A stretch of 64,000 bases of DNA from Azolla caroliniana (lineage: Eukaryota > Plantae > Polypodiophyta). The stretch spans positions 2,046,001 through 2,110,000 of the forward strand of contig JBHGNT010000010.1 of the NCBI GenBank assembly GCA_043228905.1, given 5' to 3'. The notes beneath the pieces are model-generated. The model saw nothing but the letters and a program-made list of their open reading frames with translations. It was not told the DNA's origin and ran no database searches. Positions 25,713 through 40,200 of this stretch are shown piece by piece; the stretch's first letter is position 1, and every line of letters starts with the position of its first letter. The position numbers were made by a program, and so were the translations under genes.

Positions 25713-28700
25713 AAAGTGTATGCAAGCCTTACACATGAAGAAGCCAAGTTGTTAGCTTGTCATGTATCATCGAGTGCATCAGGTTCTTCCATCACGAGTA
25801 CCTTGATGCGGAGCAAAAAATTGGTCCTCGGTTGCATCTTGGATTGGACGACAATGTCCGCTTGAAGTGGGGATAGCAGTTGAGGAAAGCACCAAGTCTG
25901 AAGGCCTGAGAAAATATCACTCATGGTTTCAACTTGCCTTTAGAACAAGGGAGGTGTGGGCCTCCAAGATCGCATTTTTAGTATGTGGGAGCGTAAAGAA
26001 ATAAAAGGTCAATTTTTAGTAAGCTTGACCCATAGGTGGAGATAAAATCTAAGTCACATTGTTGCGGTGTCGTGAAGATTTTCGGCCATGGTGGGAAAAC
26101 CCGAGCTGAATGAATAAAACAAGATGTGCAACATAGCACATATACTTATTGAATTTGTAACATAGGAGTAAAGAAGCAAATGTAAAGTGTAAGGTGTTCT
26201 ACGAAAGTTCGTTAAGTGTTAATATGGTGTGCACTTATTTGTACATGGGCACATAGGAAAGGGGAGTACAAATGTGATGGGAAGTGGCATTGAAAGCGTG
26301 AGGGGAGAGAGTTAAAGGCCCACCGATTTAAGATCATTGGAGACATTCCCCATTAAAGGAAAGGGGAGTTGACTCCTCTTTATGTAATGTGCCTCACCCC
26401 TTAGTACTATAAAAGTGAGTGAGGGCTTCTACTTTTGGGTTTCTTTGGGTTGCCATTAGGGTTTAGGGATTTCGGTTTTAGGGTTTCATTCTCCTTCTTC
26501 TTTATCTATTCTGTTAGGGTTTCTTCTAGTGGTTTGATTCGGCCTACGCGGGCATGGTTGTAATCATATAATGGGATTCTTAATATAGTTTGTTGATGTT
26601 TCTTGTCTCTATTTTCTCTACCATGCTAACCTCTTATTCTTTCTCCTTTCCTCTTGAGCCAAAAGGTTGTAACGGTTAAGCTCCCATTTCTCCTCTACTC
26701 CCTAGTCCAAGACCCCCGCGGTCCCGCCTAAGATCCTACACGTACTTGCGGAATATCGCGACATTATTTGGTGAGCCCGACGTGAAAGGGCAGCAAGGGA
26801 GAACCAGGATGGAAGCTTCATCGGAGGCATACGGGTACAAGAAACCGGAGGAGCGAAGTCGGCATGAGTTTGATCAATGGGTGGCGTCGGTGAAGCCCCG
26901 TTGGAGCGAAATGGAAGTATTCTGAGAGTTCGATCGTCGTTTCGCTCAACTCTCGGAGCAGGATCGGAGATCGGTGTGGGCAAACAAAGTCCTCCTATTT
27001 TTTAAGATGGTCCATCGGGAGGAAAGGATGGACATTTTATTCGAGCTCGAAGATGATTATGGAACACACGCTGTCGCATTGTTACGCGCGTGCGTGGAGA
27101 AACAAGGCGGGACCACCGGGGTCTTGAACCGAAGAGCAGGTGATAGAAGGGAAAAGAGAAGGAGAGAGACGCCCGGTCACGTATGAGCAAAGAAACACAG
27201 GGGCGTGGCCCGTCAACACAGAAGACGCGAATGGACACAGAGACAGGAAGAAACAAGTGTTTGTATATTAACGAATAACGAGTACACATCAGAACACGCG
27301 AGCAACTACAACCGAACAGGCCGGCGGACAGATGCCGATGCCTGTTCGTCTACGCACGAAATGGGAATAGGATGGAGGTGCTGCCGGAAGCACACAGGCG
27401 TTCCTCGAAGCAGCGCAAGCCTCCCGAAACCTGCAGAGAAGGGCAATAGAGAACAGACAGAGGAGAAGCGTTCGGTTCCGGTCCGACAACACTTCGTCCT
27501 CCTCAATGCGCTATATCTTCTCCCTGCGTCTCCCTCTCCTTTATAGCGTCAAGAAGGGAGCCGTCTCCCTCATTTACTTCCTACCTACCGAATCTAACTA
27601 CCCCGGATCTCTCTCTATACCTAATTCTCTATTATATACATTAAGAGTGCGCACACGTGAAGGGCCGGTTCATGTGCGCTATTCACCGATTGCGCCAGGG
27701 GATGGTTTTCTTCACGACATCCGCCCCCACCTTACCGCGCATCCACCGGTATGTGCCAAAATTGGTTTCTGGTTGGAGAAAACCGATCTGGGTCCCGTCT
27801 CTTCGTCCATCGGTTCGCCCTCCGTTTAGGACTGTTCGTCTTCGCTGTCCAGGCCTCTTAGATCCGGTTCGTCGTTGTGGCGTTTCTTGAACGCTTTGAC
27901 CCGCTTCCCTGCTACCGGCATCGCCATCCTCGTACCGTCGAGTTCCGCCAAGTGATACATCCCATTGTCGTTGGCGCTCGTTACCACGTAAGGCCCGAAC
28001 CACCGCTTCGCGAACTTCCGTGTTGCTCGGTGCTGGTTGTCGAGGCTGCTGTCGTAAACTAGCACCCAGTCGCCTTCCTCGATTTTCTTCGGTCGGAGCC
28101 GGTGCGTCCGGTCGAACCAGGCTTTGTTCTTCATCCTCGCCGCCCGAAGTCTCTCCGCCGCTTGTTCCACGTCCTCTAGCCTCCGCTCGAGCTACCGTAT
28201 ACGTGCCGCTAGCAGTTCTTCCCGACTCATTTCGTCGCTCCAGTCTACTGTCGCCCAAGAGGAGATTGTCCATTCCATCGGCATGATTGGCTTTTGTCCG
28301 AACATGAGTTCCGACGGCATGAACCCGGTTACCGAACTGTGCGTTGTCCGGTCCGCCCACAAGGCATAGGGTAACAGCCGCAGCCAGTTCCCGACCTGGT
28401 CTCCGCATGCCCGGACTAGCGCTTTGACGATTGGCCTGTGCCCGCGCTCTACCTTCCCGTTTGCCTCCGGATTGTACGCTGTGGTGAGCGAGAGCTTGAC
28501 CCCCCACCGGTTGAACAACTCCTCGGCCTCTTCGGCATCCAACTCCCCGCAGTCAGCCACGATCTTTCCGACGCACCCGTACCGGCATATCACGTCCTCG
28601 ATCAGGAACCGACACACGGCCGCGGTCGTTTTGTTCTGTAGGGCTCGGCCTTCCACCTGGTTCGTCAGGTCCTCCCGGGCCAGCCCCAGATATCGCATTT

Positions 28701-28840
28701 GTCCTACGCCCATCGGCATCGTCACCAAATCTACCATCCATTTGAAGTGGAAGGCCGGAGGGTATGTGGGATGAAGCTCGTCCCGATGTCGGACTACAGA
28801 GTGCACTTGATAGCTCTCACAAGTTGTCATGAACCGACAG

Positions 28841-31800
28841 CTCTTTTCCTTCTGTGCGTTTACGAACAGGCATCGGCATCTGTTCGCCGGCCTGTTCGGT
28901 TGTAACCGACTTCGTGCTTCTTGTTGTTTGTCTTGTTAATATATATATTTACATACATTCGTGTCTCTCTGTGTCGGTGTCGCACTCGCGTCTTTGTGTC
29001 GAAGGGCCGTGTCCCTATGAATCTACGCTCGCACGTAGTGGGTCCCCTTCCTTTTCCTTTCTCTCTTGCCCTTCGGTACAAGACCCCCGAGGTCCCGCCT
29101 CATTCCACGCATCCGCGAGGAATACCTCGACATCTTGGTGAACCCGACGTGAAAGAGGCGGCAGAAGAGCAGAAGATGAAGGGGTCGGATCTTGCGGAGG
29201 CCATGGCCTCGGCCATGGATCAGATATTGAGCGCACGCGAGGGCACCGGCGCCCTCGAAAGAGCCATTGAGGCGGTCGTCGGTACAATCGGCCGGTTCAG
29301 CGGAAAGGATGCCACGAAGTATTTGGCGTCCTACGGGGCAGAAATGCTGATGCGGGACATTCCGGAAGAGAGGCGTCTCGCCGGGTTTCCTCGAGTGGCG
29401 ATGCCGAGCATCCATGCGGAGGTGCTCGAGGTGCGGGCGGAGAGCCGTACCTGGGAGGAGTTCGAAGGCCGACTCCTAGAAAAATACGGGCTGGACGACG
29501 CGCTCCGGCTTTCGAAACGAGACTTCATGGAATGGGTGGAGTCCCCCGGCAAGGGAAGAAACGCGTTGGCACTCCTCCGGGAGTTCGAAGAACGCTTTGC
29601 GCGCCTTTCGGCGCTTGATCGAACCGTTCTGGATACGAGCCGGGTCCTATTGTTCGTCAAATCGGTGGACGAGCGGGACCGGGATAAAGTCGGCTCCTTG
29701 CTGGAAACCGAAGACGGGCTGACGACCGACTAGGCTGCGGTTAAGAGAGTCTGTGGCCGTTTCGATAAACGGCGAGAATGGGCTGACAACGGGGCGGCCG
29801 GTGCGGGCTCTGTCACAGCAAGGAGGCTTGAACCGGCACCGCAAGGGCGAAGGGAAGAAACCCGAGAATGGCTCTAAACCGGTTCGGCTTCGACCGGCAT
29901 GGTCAATGGCTCGACCGGAGGAGCAGCGCTGGAGGAGTTGACGCGGGCGATAAAGGATCTCCAGATCGCCCAGACTTGAAGGGAAGGCGGCGAACCGGCT
30001 CGTGACCGACGGCCAGCAGCAGGGAACAGGTGCATGTGGTGTGACGAGGTCGGCCACATTCGGAAGGATTGCGGCGATTTCGCAGAGGCGTTGAGGAACC
30101 GGGTGGTGTACCTGTGGGAAGGCCGGGTGCACGCCGGCGACACCAGAAGGGCCCTAAACCGAAACGACGGGCGAGAAGGTATGAAGAAACTAATGGAAGA
30201 GGCAGCGGCCCGACACGTGGAGGCCATCCACTACTCGGCGTCGGCCGACATTCGGGTCGGGGGCAGCGAGGCCCGAAAGGAGAGCAAAGACGGATTCTGG
30301 TCGGCAATGCTGGAAGGCCTCGCCGGCGCACAGTTGAGGAAAGATGAAGCGGACCGCGCTGAGAGACGGGTCCGGGAAGTAACCGGGTGGAGCGACTTGG
30401 TCGAGGAGAAGACGGGCTTCGTAGAAGCCGCCTGCCAGAACTACGAGGCTCTGGTAGAAGACAAACGAGTGGGGAAAGCCGGAGCGGCCGGGCCCTCACA
30501 ACGGTACGAGACCCGATTCGGGCAACGACGGAACGATGCCGGTGGGTCCAGCTCGCAAGATAACCCCAGGAAGGGCGGATACCGACTGGGGACGGAAATA
30601 GAAAGGACCACGGACCTACGAAAGGTCCTAGAAGAACGGATCCTCGACAGCAAAGTGGAGCTGTCATTGCGGGAGGTGTTAGGGATCGCCAAGAAGGAGT
30701 TCCACGACTCCATTGTAGACTTGGTGAAACGGAAGAGGCTGTCGACGGAAACGGAACCGGAAAGGTGGAGGTGCGGACGACGCACATCGACGACCTGACG
30801 ATGGAAGACGAGTGGGCGGAGAGCCACTATTCGAGGCCACACTAGGCCCGAGCAACCACGGAGACCCCGATAAAGATCGGAGATGTTCAGGAACCGGTAG
30901 TGGCACTGGTGGACCATGGTTCGGAAATAAACCTGATGTCCATGGACTTCTATAAGAAGGGAAAATGGCCGATCAACACCAAGCACAGGTGGAAGATACA
31001 GGCGGCGACGCGCGCCACCGAGGAACTGCACGGGGCCTGCCCGAATGTGCGAGTCAAGATCGGCGACGTCGAGATTGACCAGCACTTCTTCGTGCAGAAG
31101 ACGTCCTCGCATCCGGTCATATTAGGGGAACCATACATCACGTCGGCGAGAATGGAGACCAAAGTGCTGGACAACGGTTCGGCCTACGCGAGGGTCAAAA
31201 GCCAGGACGGGCGCCATTCGGTCCAATTTCTGACGGTATGGCCGAACCACGAGCGAAACCGCGAATCCCTCGGTGGCGAGAACCGGGAGGATTTTTAGAG
31301 AGGGCTGCCAAGGCGTGGGGCCGAGACAGTCCGGACACTCGGGAAAGACCCCACAGTTGTACGATAGATAGAAAAATTTGCTTCTCCAACGACGGAGGGT
31401 GTATGATAGTCGGCATCGCTGGCCGAGAAAGGGCAAGGGCGGAGGAGCGACTTCGAGCGTGCGGAGTCCTCGGCCCGGACGAGGAAATCAGCGGAGCCGT
31501 GGAGGCGGTCTCCTTCGACGACACCTTGGGGATGCTGATGAAGGTAGCTGGAGAAGACCTTAACGAAGACCGGACGATACCGGTATGTTCCGAAGAGATG
31601 TACGAAGTCATCGCGAACTTCAGTCAGGGGTTCGGGTCGGACCGGATGGCCCGAGTTAGCACGAAGTACAAGACTGTGGACCGGAAGGTAAGGCCCGTTG
31701 CGGCACCCTTACCAGAGGGCAGCGAGTCCCAAATCAGAGGGGTTGCGTCAGACCCCAGTTTGTGAGATCCGGTCTGCATAGGACACACCTTCACCGACGG

Positions 31801-34800
31801 GACGCTCTAAGAGCTCAAAATCGGTGGGGGCGGGTTCCTACTGCCGACGGAGGAAGACCAGTTTCGGAGAATGCTCAGAAGGCACAGGAAAGCCTTCGCA
31901 TTCTCACCGGAAGAGATCGGGTGCGTAGACCCGACAATCGTGGAGCCGATGGTGATATTCACGGTACCGCATGTGCCGTGGAATCTCAAGCCGATTCCGG
32001 TACCGAGAGCTCACATCCCGAAGTTGATGGAGCTATTGAGGCAGAAAGTCGATATGGGCATTCTCGAACCGTCGAGTGCCCCATACTCGAACTGATGGTT
32101 TACCGTGACAAAGAAAAACGGAACATTGCGCTTCATTCAAGACCTGCAGCCGGTCAACAGAGTGACCATTCGGAACGCAGGAATCAGACCGACCATAGAC
32201 AAGTTCGCGGAGGCCTTCGCCGGAAGGTCGGTTTATTCGGTCGGTGATCTGTACTCAGGGTACGACCAGTTCCAGCTAGCCGTGGAGAGCAGAGACATTA
32301 CGACGATGCGAACTCCCCTCGGCCTAGTGCGAATGTGTACCCTGCCACCAGGAGGGACTAACTCGGTGTCCCACATGGTGAATGCAATGAACAAGGTACT
32401 GAGGGATTGCATCCCGGACATCACCATGCCGTTTCTAGACGACATCCCGATAAAGGGGTGCCCGGTGGAAAAGAAAGGACGAGACACTCGGGCCGGACAG
32501 ATGCCGGCGATTCGTGGCAACACACATCGACGACTGCGAGAAGGTGCTACAAAGGCTAGAGGATGCGAGGCTCACCTTCTCCGGGGAGAAATCGGCCTTC
32601 GGGCAATCAGAAATCTTGGTGGTCGGACACCTATATGGACCATATGGCCGGAAGCCGTCTCCGGCAAAGTTAGAAGCCATCTCCGCGATGAAGACCGACT
32701 GTAGCTCGGTTACGGAAGTTCGGAGGTTCCTGGGGGCATGCGCGTTCTACCACATATGGATCCCGCATTACGCCCACGTTGCGGAGCCACTATACGGGTT
32801 GCTGAAGAAGGGGCGAAAATTCGAGTGGCCAGACGAGCACACGGAGTCGGTCCGAAAGCTGAAGGAAGCTCTTGCGGCAGCACCGGCGCTCTGGAAGGCT
32901 GTCTACGAGAAGGGTACCCCGGTATACATAACGGTGGATACGAGCCCGACCAGGATAGGATGGGTCGTCAACCAAGAAGACAAGGACGGCATTCGGTTCC
33001 CGATCTGATTCGGCGCGAAGGTCCTCAGTGAGCGACAGCGAGGGTACGCCCAGGTTAAACGCGAACTCTAGGGTATCGTTTCGGCAGTAAAGGCCGACAA
33101 AGACTACCTGATCGGGATAGAAGTGGTTATCGAGACGGATTGCCTGCCAATTCTCGGCATGGTTTCCGGATGCGCGACACCGGACTTGGCAATGCTCAGG
33201 TGGATAGCGTACATCAAGTCCCTGGACCCGGAGATACGACACATTTCCGGAAAGGACAACGCCATGGCCGACATGCTTTCGAGGGCAAGGTTTGATGACG
33301 AGGGCGGCATGGTTTCGGAGGACGAAGAAGGAGGCGTGGACTTCTTCGAGGCAACGTACGTGACGACCGATGGGACGAGCACTCCGGCGCTTAACGGCTT
33401 CGACGAGAGCAAGTACGACGGCGAGTGGCTACAGATCGGTGGGTTCTTAAGGACCATGACGCCAGATGCGTCATGGACGAGGGACGAGACCAACCAGATC
33501 CGGAAGAAAGCATACCGATTCTTTCTCCGGGACGGATACTTATGGAAGCACCCGAAGAAGAGGAACGGCGTCCCGCTCCGGGTGGTAGCGATGAAGGAAG
33601 AACAGGAGGAGCTGCTGACAGCCTACCACGACAGCCCTTGGGCTGGGCACCGTGGAACGTGGGCCACGTTCGAGAAGATAAAGGGGAAGTACTGGTGGCC
33701 GGGACTGTACCGGGACGTGCATCGGTTCGTGACAACTTGCGAGAGCTGTCAGATGCACTCCATAGTCCGACATCGGGACGAGCTTCACCCTACGTACCCT
33801 CCGACCATCCACTTCAAATGGATGGTAGATCTGGTGACGATGCCGATGGGAGTAGGACAGATGCGGTATCTGGTCCTGGCTCGGGAAGATCTGAGAAACC
33901 AGGTGGAAGGCCGAGCCCTTCAGAACAAAACGACCGCGGTCGTATGTCGGTTCCTAATCGAGGACGTGATATGCCGGTATGGGTGCGTCGGGAAGATCGT
34001 GGCTGATCGCGGGGAGTTGGACGCCGAAGAGGCCAAGGAACTATTCGACCGGCTAGGAGTCAAGCTCTCGCTTACCACTGCGTACAATCTGGAGGCGAAT
34101 GGGAAGGTGGAGCGCGGACACGGACCGATCATCAAGGCGTTAGTTCGGGCATGCGGAGGACAAGTCGGGAACTGGCCGCGGCTATTGCCTTACGCGTTGT
34201 GGGCGGACCGAACTACGCACAGTTCGGTAACCGGATTCATGCCGGCAGAGCTCATGTTTGGGTAGAAGCCGATCATGCCGATGGAACGTACGATCTCCTC
34301 ATGGGCAACCGTGGACTGGAGGGACGAGATCAGCAGGGAGGAACTGTTGGCAGCACGCATACGGCAGCTCGAGCAAAGACCGGAGGACGTAGAGCAGGCT
34401 ACGGAAAAGCTTCGGGTGGCAAGGACGAGGAACAAAGCCCAGTTCGACCAAACGCACCGGCTCCGACCGAAGAAGATCGAGGAAGGCGATTGGGTGCTAG
34501 TCTACGACAGTAGCCTCGACAACCAACACCGAGCAACACGGAAGTTTGCAAGAAGGTGATTCGGGCCTTATGTAGTACAAAACTCCAACGACAACGGGAC
34601 GTACCATCTGGCGGAACTCGACGGCACGAGAATGGCGATACCGGTAGCTGGTAAGCGGATCAAAGCGTTCAAGAAGCGTCACGACGACGAGCCGGATCCG
34701 GTTAACCTGGACCGCGACGACGAACGATCCGAAACCGAGGAAGAACCGACGGGCGGGGAATGAAGATTGGACCGGTTTTCTCCGTCCCGACTCAATTTGG

Positions 34801-35485
34801 CGCATACCGGTGGATGCGCGGTTAGGTGGGGGCGGATGTCGTGAAGAAAACCGTCCACAAGCGGAATCGGTGCACCGGAGCGAAGGTACCGGCTCCTCAT
34901 GCACGTACGCCTTATGTTGTACATAAGAGAGAATTAGGCAAATAGAAGATCCTAGGTAGGTAGATTCGATAGGTAGGAAGTTAATGGGAAACAGCTCCCT
35001 TCTTGCCTTAAAAGGGGGGAGACGAAGAGGAGGATGGGATCGCGGATAGAAGAGGACGAAGTGCTGTCGGTTTGTGGCGAAGGCTTCTCTCTCTCTCCCC
35101 CCCCAAGCTCCGTGGCTTCTTTCTGTGCAGGTTTCGGGAGGCTCGCGCTGCTCTGAGGAATGCCCGAGTGCTTCCGGCAGCACCTCCAACCTACTCTTTT
35201 CTTTCTGTGCGTTTACGAACAGGCATCAACATCTGTTCGCCGGCCTGTTCGGTTGTAACCGACTTCGTGCTTCTTGTTGTTTGTCTTGTTAATATATATA
35301 TTTACACACATTCGTGTCTCTCTGTGTCGGTGTCGCACTCGCGTCTTTGTGTCGAAGGGCCGTGTCCCTGTGAATCTACACTCGCACGTAGTGGGTCACC
35401 TCCCTTTTCCTTTCTCTCTTGCCCTTCGGTACAAGACCCCCGAGGTCCCGCCTCATTCCACGCATCCGCGAGGAATACCTCGACA
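28841..35485 (+). mobile_element. Ty3/gypsy element G2 nested antisense in G1 (5' LTR truncated 28841-29132; 3' LTR 34837-35485)
   Basis: PBS TGGTGAACCCGACGTGAA 29136-29153. Gag from 29176 with CMWCDEVGHIRKDC knuckle; PR LVDHGSEIN near 30905; RT PFLDDIPI near 32430; integrase HHCC and DDE 33123-34760; PPT AGGTGGGGGCGGA. Right TSD ACGT 35486-35489. Numerous stops. Confidence 0.93.
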
Positions 35486-37290
35486 ACGTAAGCCGCCTCG
35501 AAGAAGTCTACACCGACTTCCTCGTCCTCCGAAACCATGCCGCCCTCATCGTTGAATCGCGCCCTCAAAAGCATGTCGGCCATGGCATTGTCTTTCCCGG
35601 AAATGTGTCGTATTTCCGGATCCAAGGACTTGATGTACGCTATCCACATGAGCATCGCCTGGTCCGGGGTTGCGCATCCGGAAACCATGCCAAGAATTGG
35701 CAGGCAGTCCGTCTCAATAATCACCTCTGTCCCAATCAGATAGTCTTTATCGGCCTTTACCGCCGAAACGATACCCCAGAGTTCGCGTTTAACCTGGGCG
35801 TATCCTCGCTGTCGCTCGTTGAGGACCTTCGCGCCGAACCGGATTGGGAACCGGATGCCGTCCTCGTCTTCTTGGTTGACGACCCATCCGATCCCGGTCG
35901 GACTCGTATCTACTGTTATGTAGACGGGAGTGCCTTTCTCGTAGACAACCTTCCGGAGTGCCGGAGCCGCAGCAAGAGCCTCCTTCATCTTTCGCACTGT
36001 CTCCGTATGCTCGTCTCGCCACTCGAATTTTCGCCCCTTTTTTAGCAACCCGTATAGCGGCTCGGCAACGTGGGCATAATGTGGGATCCATATGTGGTAG
36101 AACGCGCATGCTCCCAAGAACCTCCGTGACCGAGTTACAGTCGGGCTTCATTGCGGAGATGGCTTCCACCTTTGCTGGAGACGGTTTCCGGCCATACGGT
36201 CCGCATAGATGTCCGACAACCATGATCTCTGATTGCCCGAAGGCCGATTTTTCCCTGGAGAAGGTGAGCCTCGCATCCTCTAGCCTCTGCAGCACCCTCT
36301 CGCAGTCGTCAATGTGTGTCGTCACGAATTTCCGGCATCCGTCCGGTCCGATCGTTTCGTCCCTTTCCTCCACCGGACATCCCTTGATCGGGATGTCGTC
36401 CAAGAATGGCATGGTGACGTCCGGGATACAATCCCTCAGCACCTTGTTCATCGCATTCACCATGTGGGCCACCGAGTTCGTCCCTCCTTGCGGCAGGGTG
36501 CACATCCGTACTAGGCCGAGAGGAGTCCGCATCGTCGTAATGTCTCTGCTCTCTACGGCTAGTTGGAAATGATCGTACCCCGAGTATAGATCACCGACCG
36601 AGTAGATCGACCTTCCGGCGAAGGCCTCCGCGAACTCGTCTATCGTTGGTCCGATTCCTGTGTTCCGAATGGTCACTCTGTTGACCGGTTGCAGGTCTTG
36701 AATGAAGCGCAACGTCCCGTTCTTCTTCGGTACAATAAACCACCGGTTCGAATACAGGGCACTCGATGGTTCGAGGATGCCCATATCGACTTTCTGCCTC
36801 AATAGCTCCATCAGCTCCGGGATGTGAGCTCTTGGTACCGAAATTGGCTTCAGATTCCATGGTACATGCGGTACCGTGAATATCACCATCGGCTTCATGA
36901 CTATCGGGTCTACGCACCCGATTTCTTCCGGCGAGAATGCGAAGGCTTTCCCGTGCCTTCTGAGCATTCTCCGAAACCGGTCTTCTTCCGCCGGCAGTAG
37001 GAACCCGCCCCCACCGATTTTTAGCTCCCGTAGCGTTCTATCAGTGAAGGTGTGTCCTATGCAAGCCGGATCACGTAAACTGGGGTCCAACGCGACCCCT
37101 TCGATTCGCAACTCGCTGCCCTCCGGTAAGGGTGCCGCGACTGGCCTTACCTTCCAGTCCACAATCTTGTACTTTGTGTTAACCCGGGCCGTCCGATCCG
37201 ACTCGAGCCCCCAACTGAAGTCCGCGATGAATCCATACATCTCTTTTGAACAAACCAGTATCGTTCGGTCCTCTTTAAGGCCCTCTCCGA

Positions 37291-40200
37291 GTGTGGCCCA
37301 TGTGACAGAAAACACACTTAGGATGACCTTATGGAATTGTAACGGCGCACTCTGGACACACCCCGGCCGCCTAGAGGGGATATTAAAGGAATCAGATATA
37401 GTTTGCCTAGTAGAAACACACCAAAGCCCAAATAGGGGACTCCCACGAGTCGAAGGATTTTGTTGGGAGTCGGCTTTTAGACAAACCTCACGTCGATGCA
37501 CTACCAGGGGTTCTGGAGGTGTCGCAATATTGTTTCGGAGGGAGCTACATAATAGGATAGAAATACTGAGCACAGACCCAGAAGCTCGTTTTATGTGGGT
37601 GAAAGTCTCCACAAGCAAGGACAAGGCAGTAATTTTCGCCATTTGTTACTTCCCCCCAAAAGGCTCTCGTTATAATCTGGCTGGCGAGGCGAGATTAGTT
37701 GATGACGGAGTGCCACATGGGCCTTCCCCATATGAACCTCTATCGGATGACATAATCCGATATTCTTCCCAAGGCGAAGTATTCCTTGTAGGAGACTTTA
37801 ATGCGAGAACCCAATCCCGACAATGCACAATATTTCAAATGAATAGAAACCTAGAAATGGTAAATGTCGATCCTTCAGACATAGACACCACACGTAGATC
37901 AAAGGATCAAGGTGCAGACGCCACGAGCTTTGGCCATCATTTGCTCGAACTCGGTAGTCGGCACCAGATGGTCATATATAATGGTTTAGCCAAGTGGCCA
38001 GGTTCGGAAGAGCTCACATGTTTCCCACATGGAGGAGGGGAAAGCACAGTCGATTATCTAATAGGACGCCCTGAAGCCACCCACATGATTAACTCCTTCC
38101 GAGTGGCCCCATGTCCTATTGGTGCGGACCATAGTTTCTTATACTTCGAGATAAAATGCGATATCTCTAACGTCACCAACTCTAGTCAACCACGCCATGA
38201 CATGACAATACATTTCACACATGAGCTCTCTGACATATATGCTCGACATGTTCAAGCCCATCTCTCCTCCCTTGATCCCTCCCTACCTTTAGAGAGCCTT
38301 AATACGAAACTCACACACATCCTTCATTCTGCAGCGGTTAGCAGCTTCCCATACACGAAACACTCCAATCAAGGTAAAGTAGGATCTATGCCACAAAATA
38401 GATGGTATGATGAGGATTGTAGGTGCTTACATCGACAACTTACAATATCGCAACTCAGTGGTAGTATTACCTCAGTACAAGCTCGTAAAGAAATGCGCAA
38501 GATGACACGTCGTAAGAGACGAGCATGGGAGGCATCCCAATATTGGGAACTCTACCACATGCTCATGAGTAACGATTGTGCCACTGCATGGAAGAGATTA
38601 CGGGAACCAAGACCACAAACACCCATCGAAGATCCCGAAACTTGGCACACTTATACAGAGAGACTTTACCACATCCCAAACCAACCACCCATTCCAATGC
38701 CTTCCACACCCCGACCTACTGTGGGGACACTCTTCACAACCTCTAGGGTCACGAAGGTCATAAAGAAATTACAACATAGGAAGTCCATGGACCACACAGG
38801 ATTGCGAGCAGAACACATCATATACGCGAGAGAGTGCCTAGCTCCCTTACTAACTCTAATCTTCAATCGTGCCCTTGCAGAGGGTTTTCCATCACAATGA
38901 ACCATGAACACAGTGGCCCCCATACATAAGGGGGGGGGACCCCATGGACCCAAATACTTATAGGACCATTATGATAGGTCATACCCTTGCTAAATTATAT
39001 GGTGCAGTAATGGAGGCAGAGCTTAGCGAGTATATGGAGACCTTAAATCTTCGTGCACCTGAACAGGCCGGCTTTAGACGAGCCTTCTCCACTATTGACC
39101 ATATCTTCACACTTAGATGCTTAATTGACCAGACTAAGGCTCGCAAGAAGAAACTATATTGTTGTTTTGTGGACTTCCGCAAAGCCTTTGACACGGTCCC
39201 TAGAGAGCAGTTGTTTGATAGGCTTAAGAGCTTGAGGATACCAGATGATATGGTTTGGGCCATCTACGCACTATATGAACAAGTGTCCGGGTGTGTTCGA
39301 TGCCCAGGCGGCATATCCGATAGTTTCACTAGCACTATTGGTGTAAAACAAGGTTGCCCCTTATCTCCGACTCTTTTTGGGATCTACATTGATGAGATCA
39401 CAGATTTTATTGCTCGTAAGGGAGGCAATGGAGTAGTCCTTGGAGATACGCAGGTGCGTATCTTGCTCTATGCAGATGACATAGTTTTGCTCTCTGAATC
39501 CGAACACGACCTACAAAGGCACCTTAATGCCTTAGATGACTTTTGCACACAACGAGGATTGGTAGTGAATCTAGGGAAAACTAAAGTCCTTATCTTCCAC
39601 ACGTCGGCCCAAGTTAGAGCTAAGTGTCACCTAACTATCTCCCATAGCCCAGTTGAGGTGGTTGGATCATATGTCTATCTCGGAGTCACTTTCAGTGCCC
39701 GCTCAAGTAAATTTTCGATGACACAAGCAGCGAAGGATAGACTTACAAGAGGACATGCATCCCTCTCACTCCTCGAGAGACAATGCCACCAAGCATACTT
39801 CCAAGAGCCACGAACTAAAGGGTGGCTCTTTGACTCATTAGTGACTCCCTCTCTCATGTATGCATCAGCGGTTTGGGCCCCAGGACTACCATCTTTCATG
39901 TGGACGCAATTAGAGAGACCATTGGTGATGATGTTATCACGCCAACTCCGAAGCAAATCGTCGGTCCCACATGACATTATTAGGGCTGAGTTCACTCTAC
40001 CCCCTATGTTAGTAGAAGCACTTTTTCAACTGGTAGTCTTTATACACAGGATACATAACCAACCACTTGATAGAATATCCCACCAAGCCTTTAAGGCTTC
40101 TCGAGCATTGTATGAGTCTGGCTATACTAGCTCATGGTATGGCATGATGGTGAGTTGGCTTCTTGCCAACGGTCTAGACATTACTAACCTCCCCCCCCTT

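Noticed and set aside
26455-26490. TTTAGGG-like motifs as an interstitial telomere
   Set aside because: Only 3-4 degenerate units inside an LTR; telo-box-like motifs also occur in the other LTRs
35789-38900. Long overlapping ORFs 35789..37642 (-, 617 aa) and 36876..38900 (+, 674 aa) as novel fusion proteins
   Set aside because: Both are read-through across the LINE/gypsy junction at about 37290; each half is the antisense of the other element
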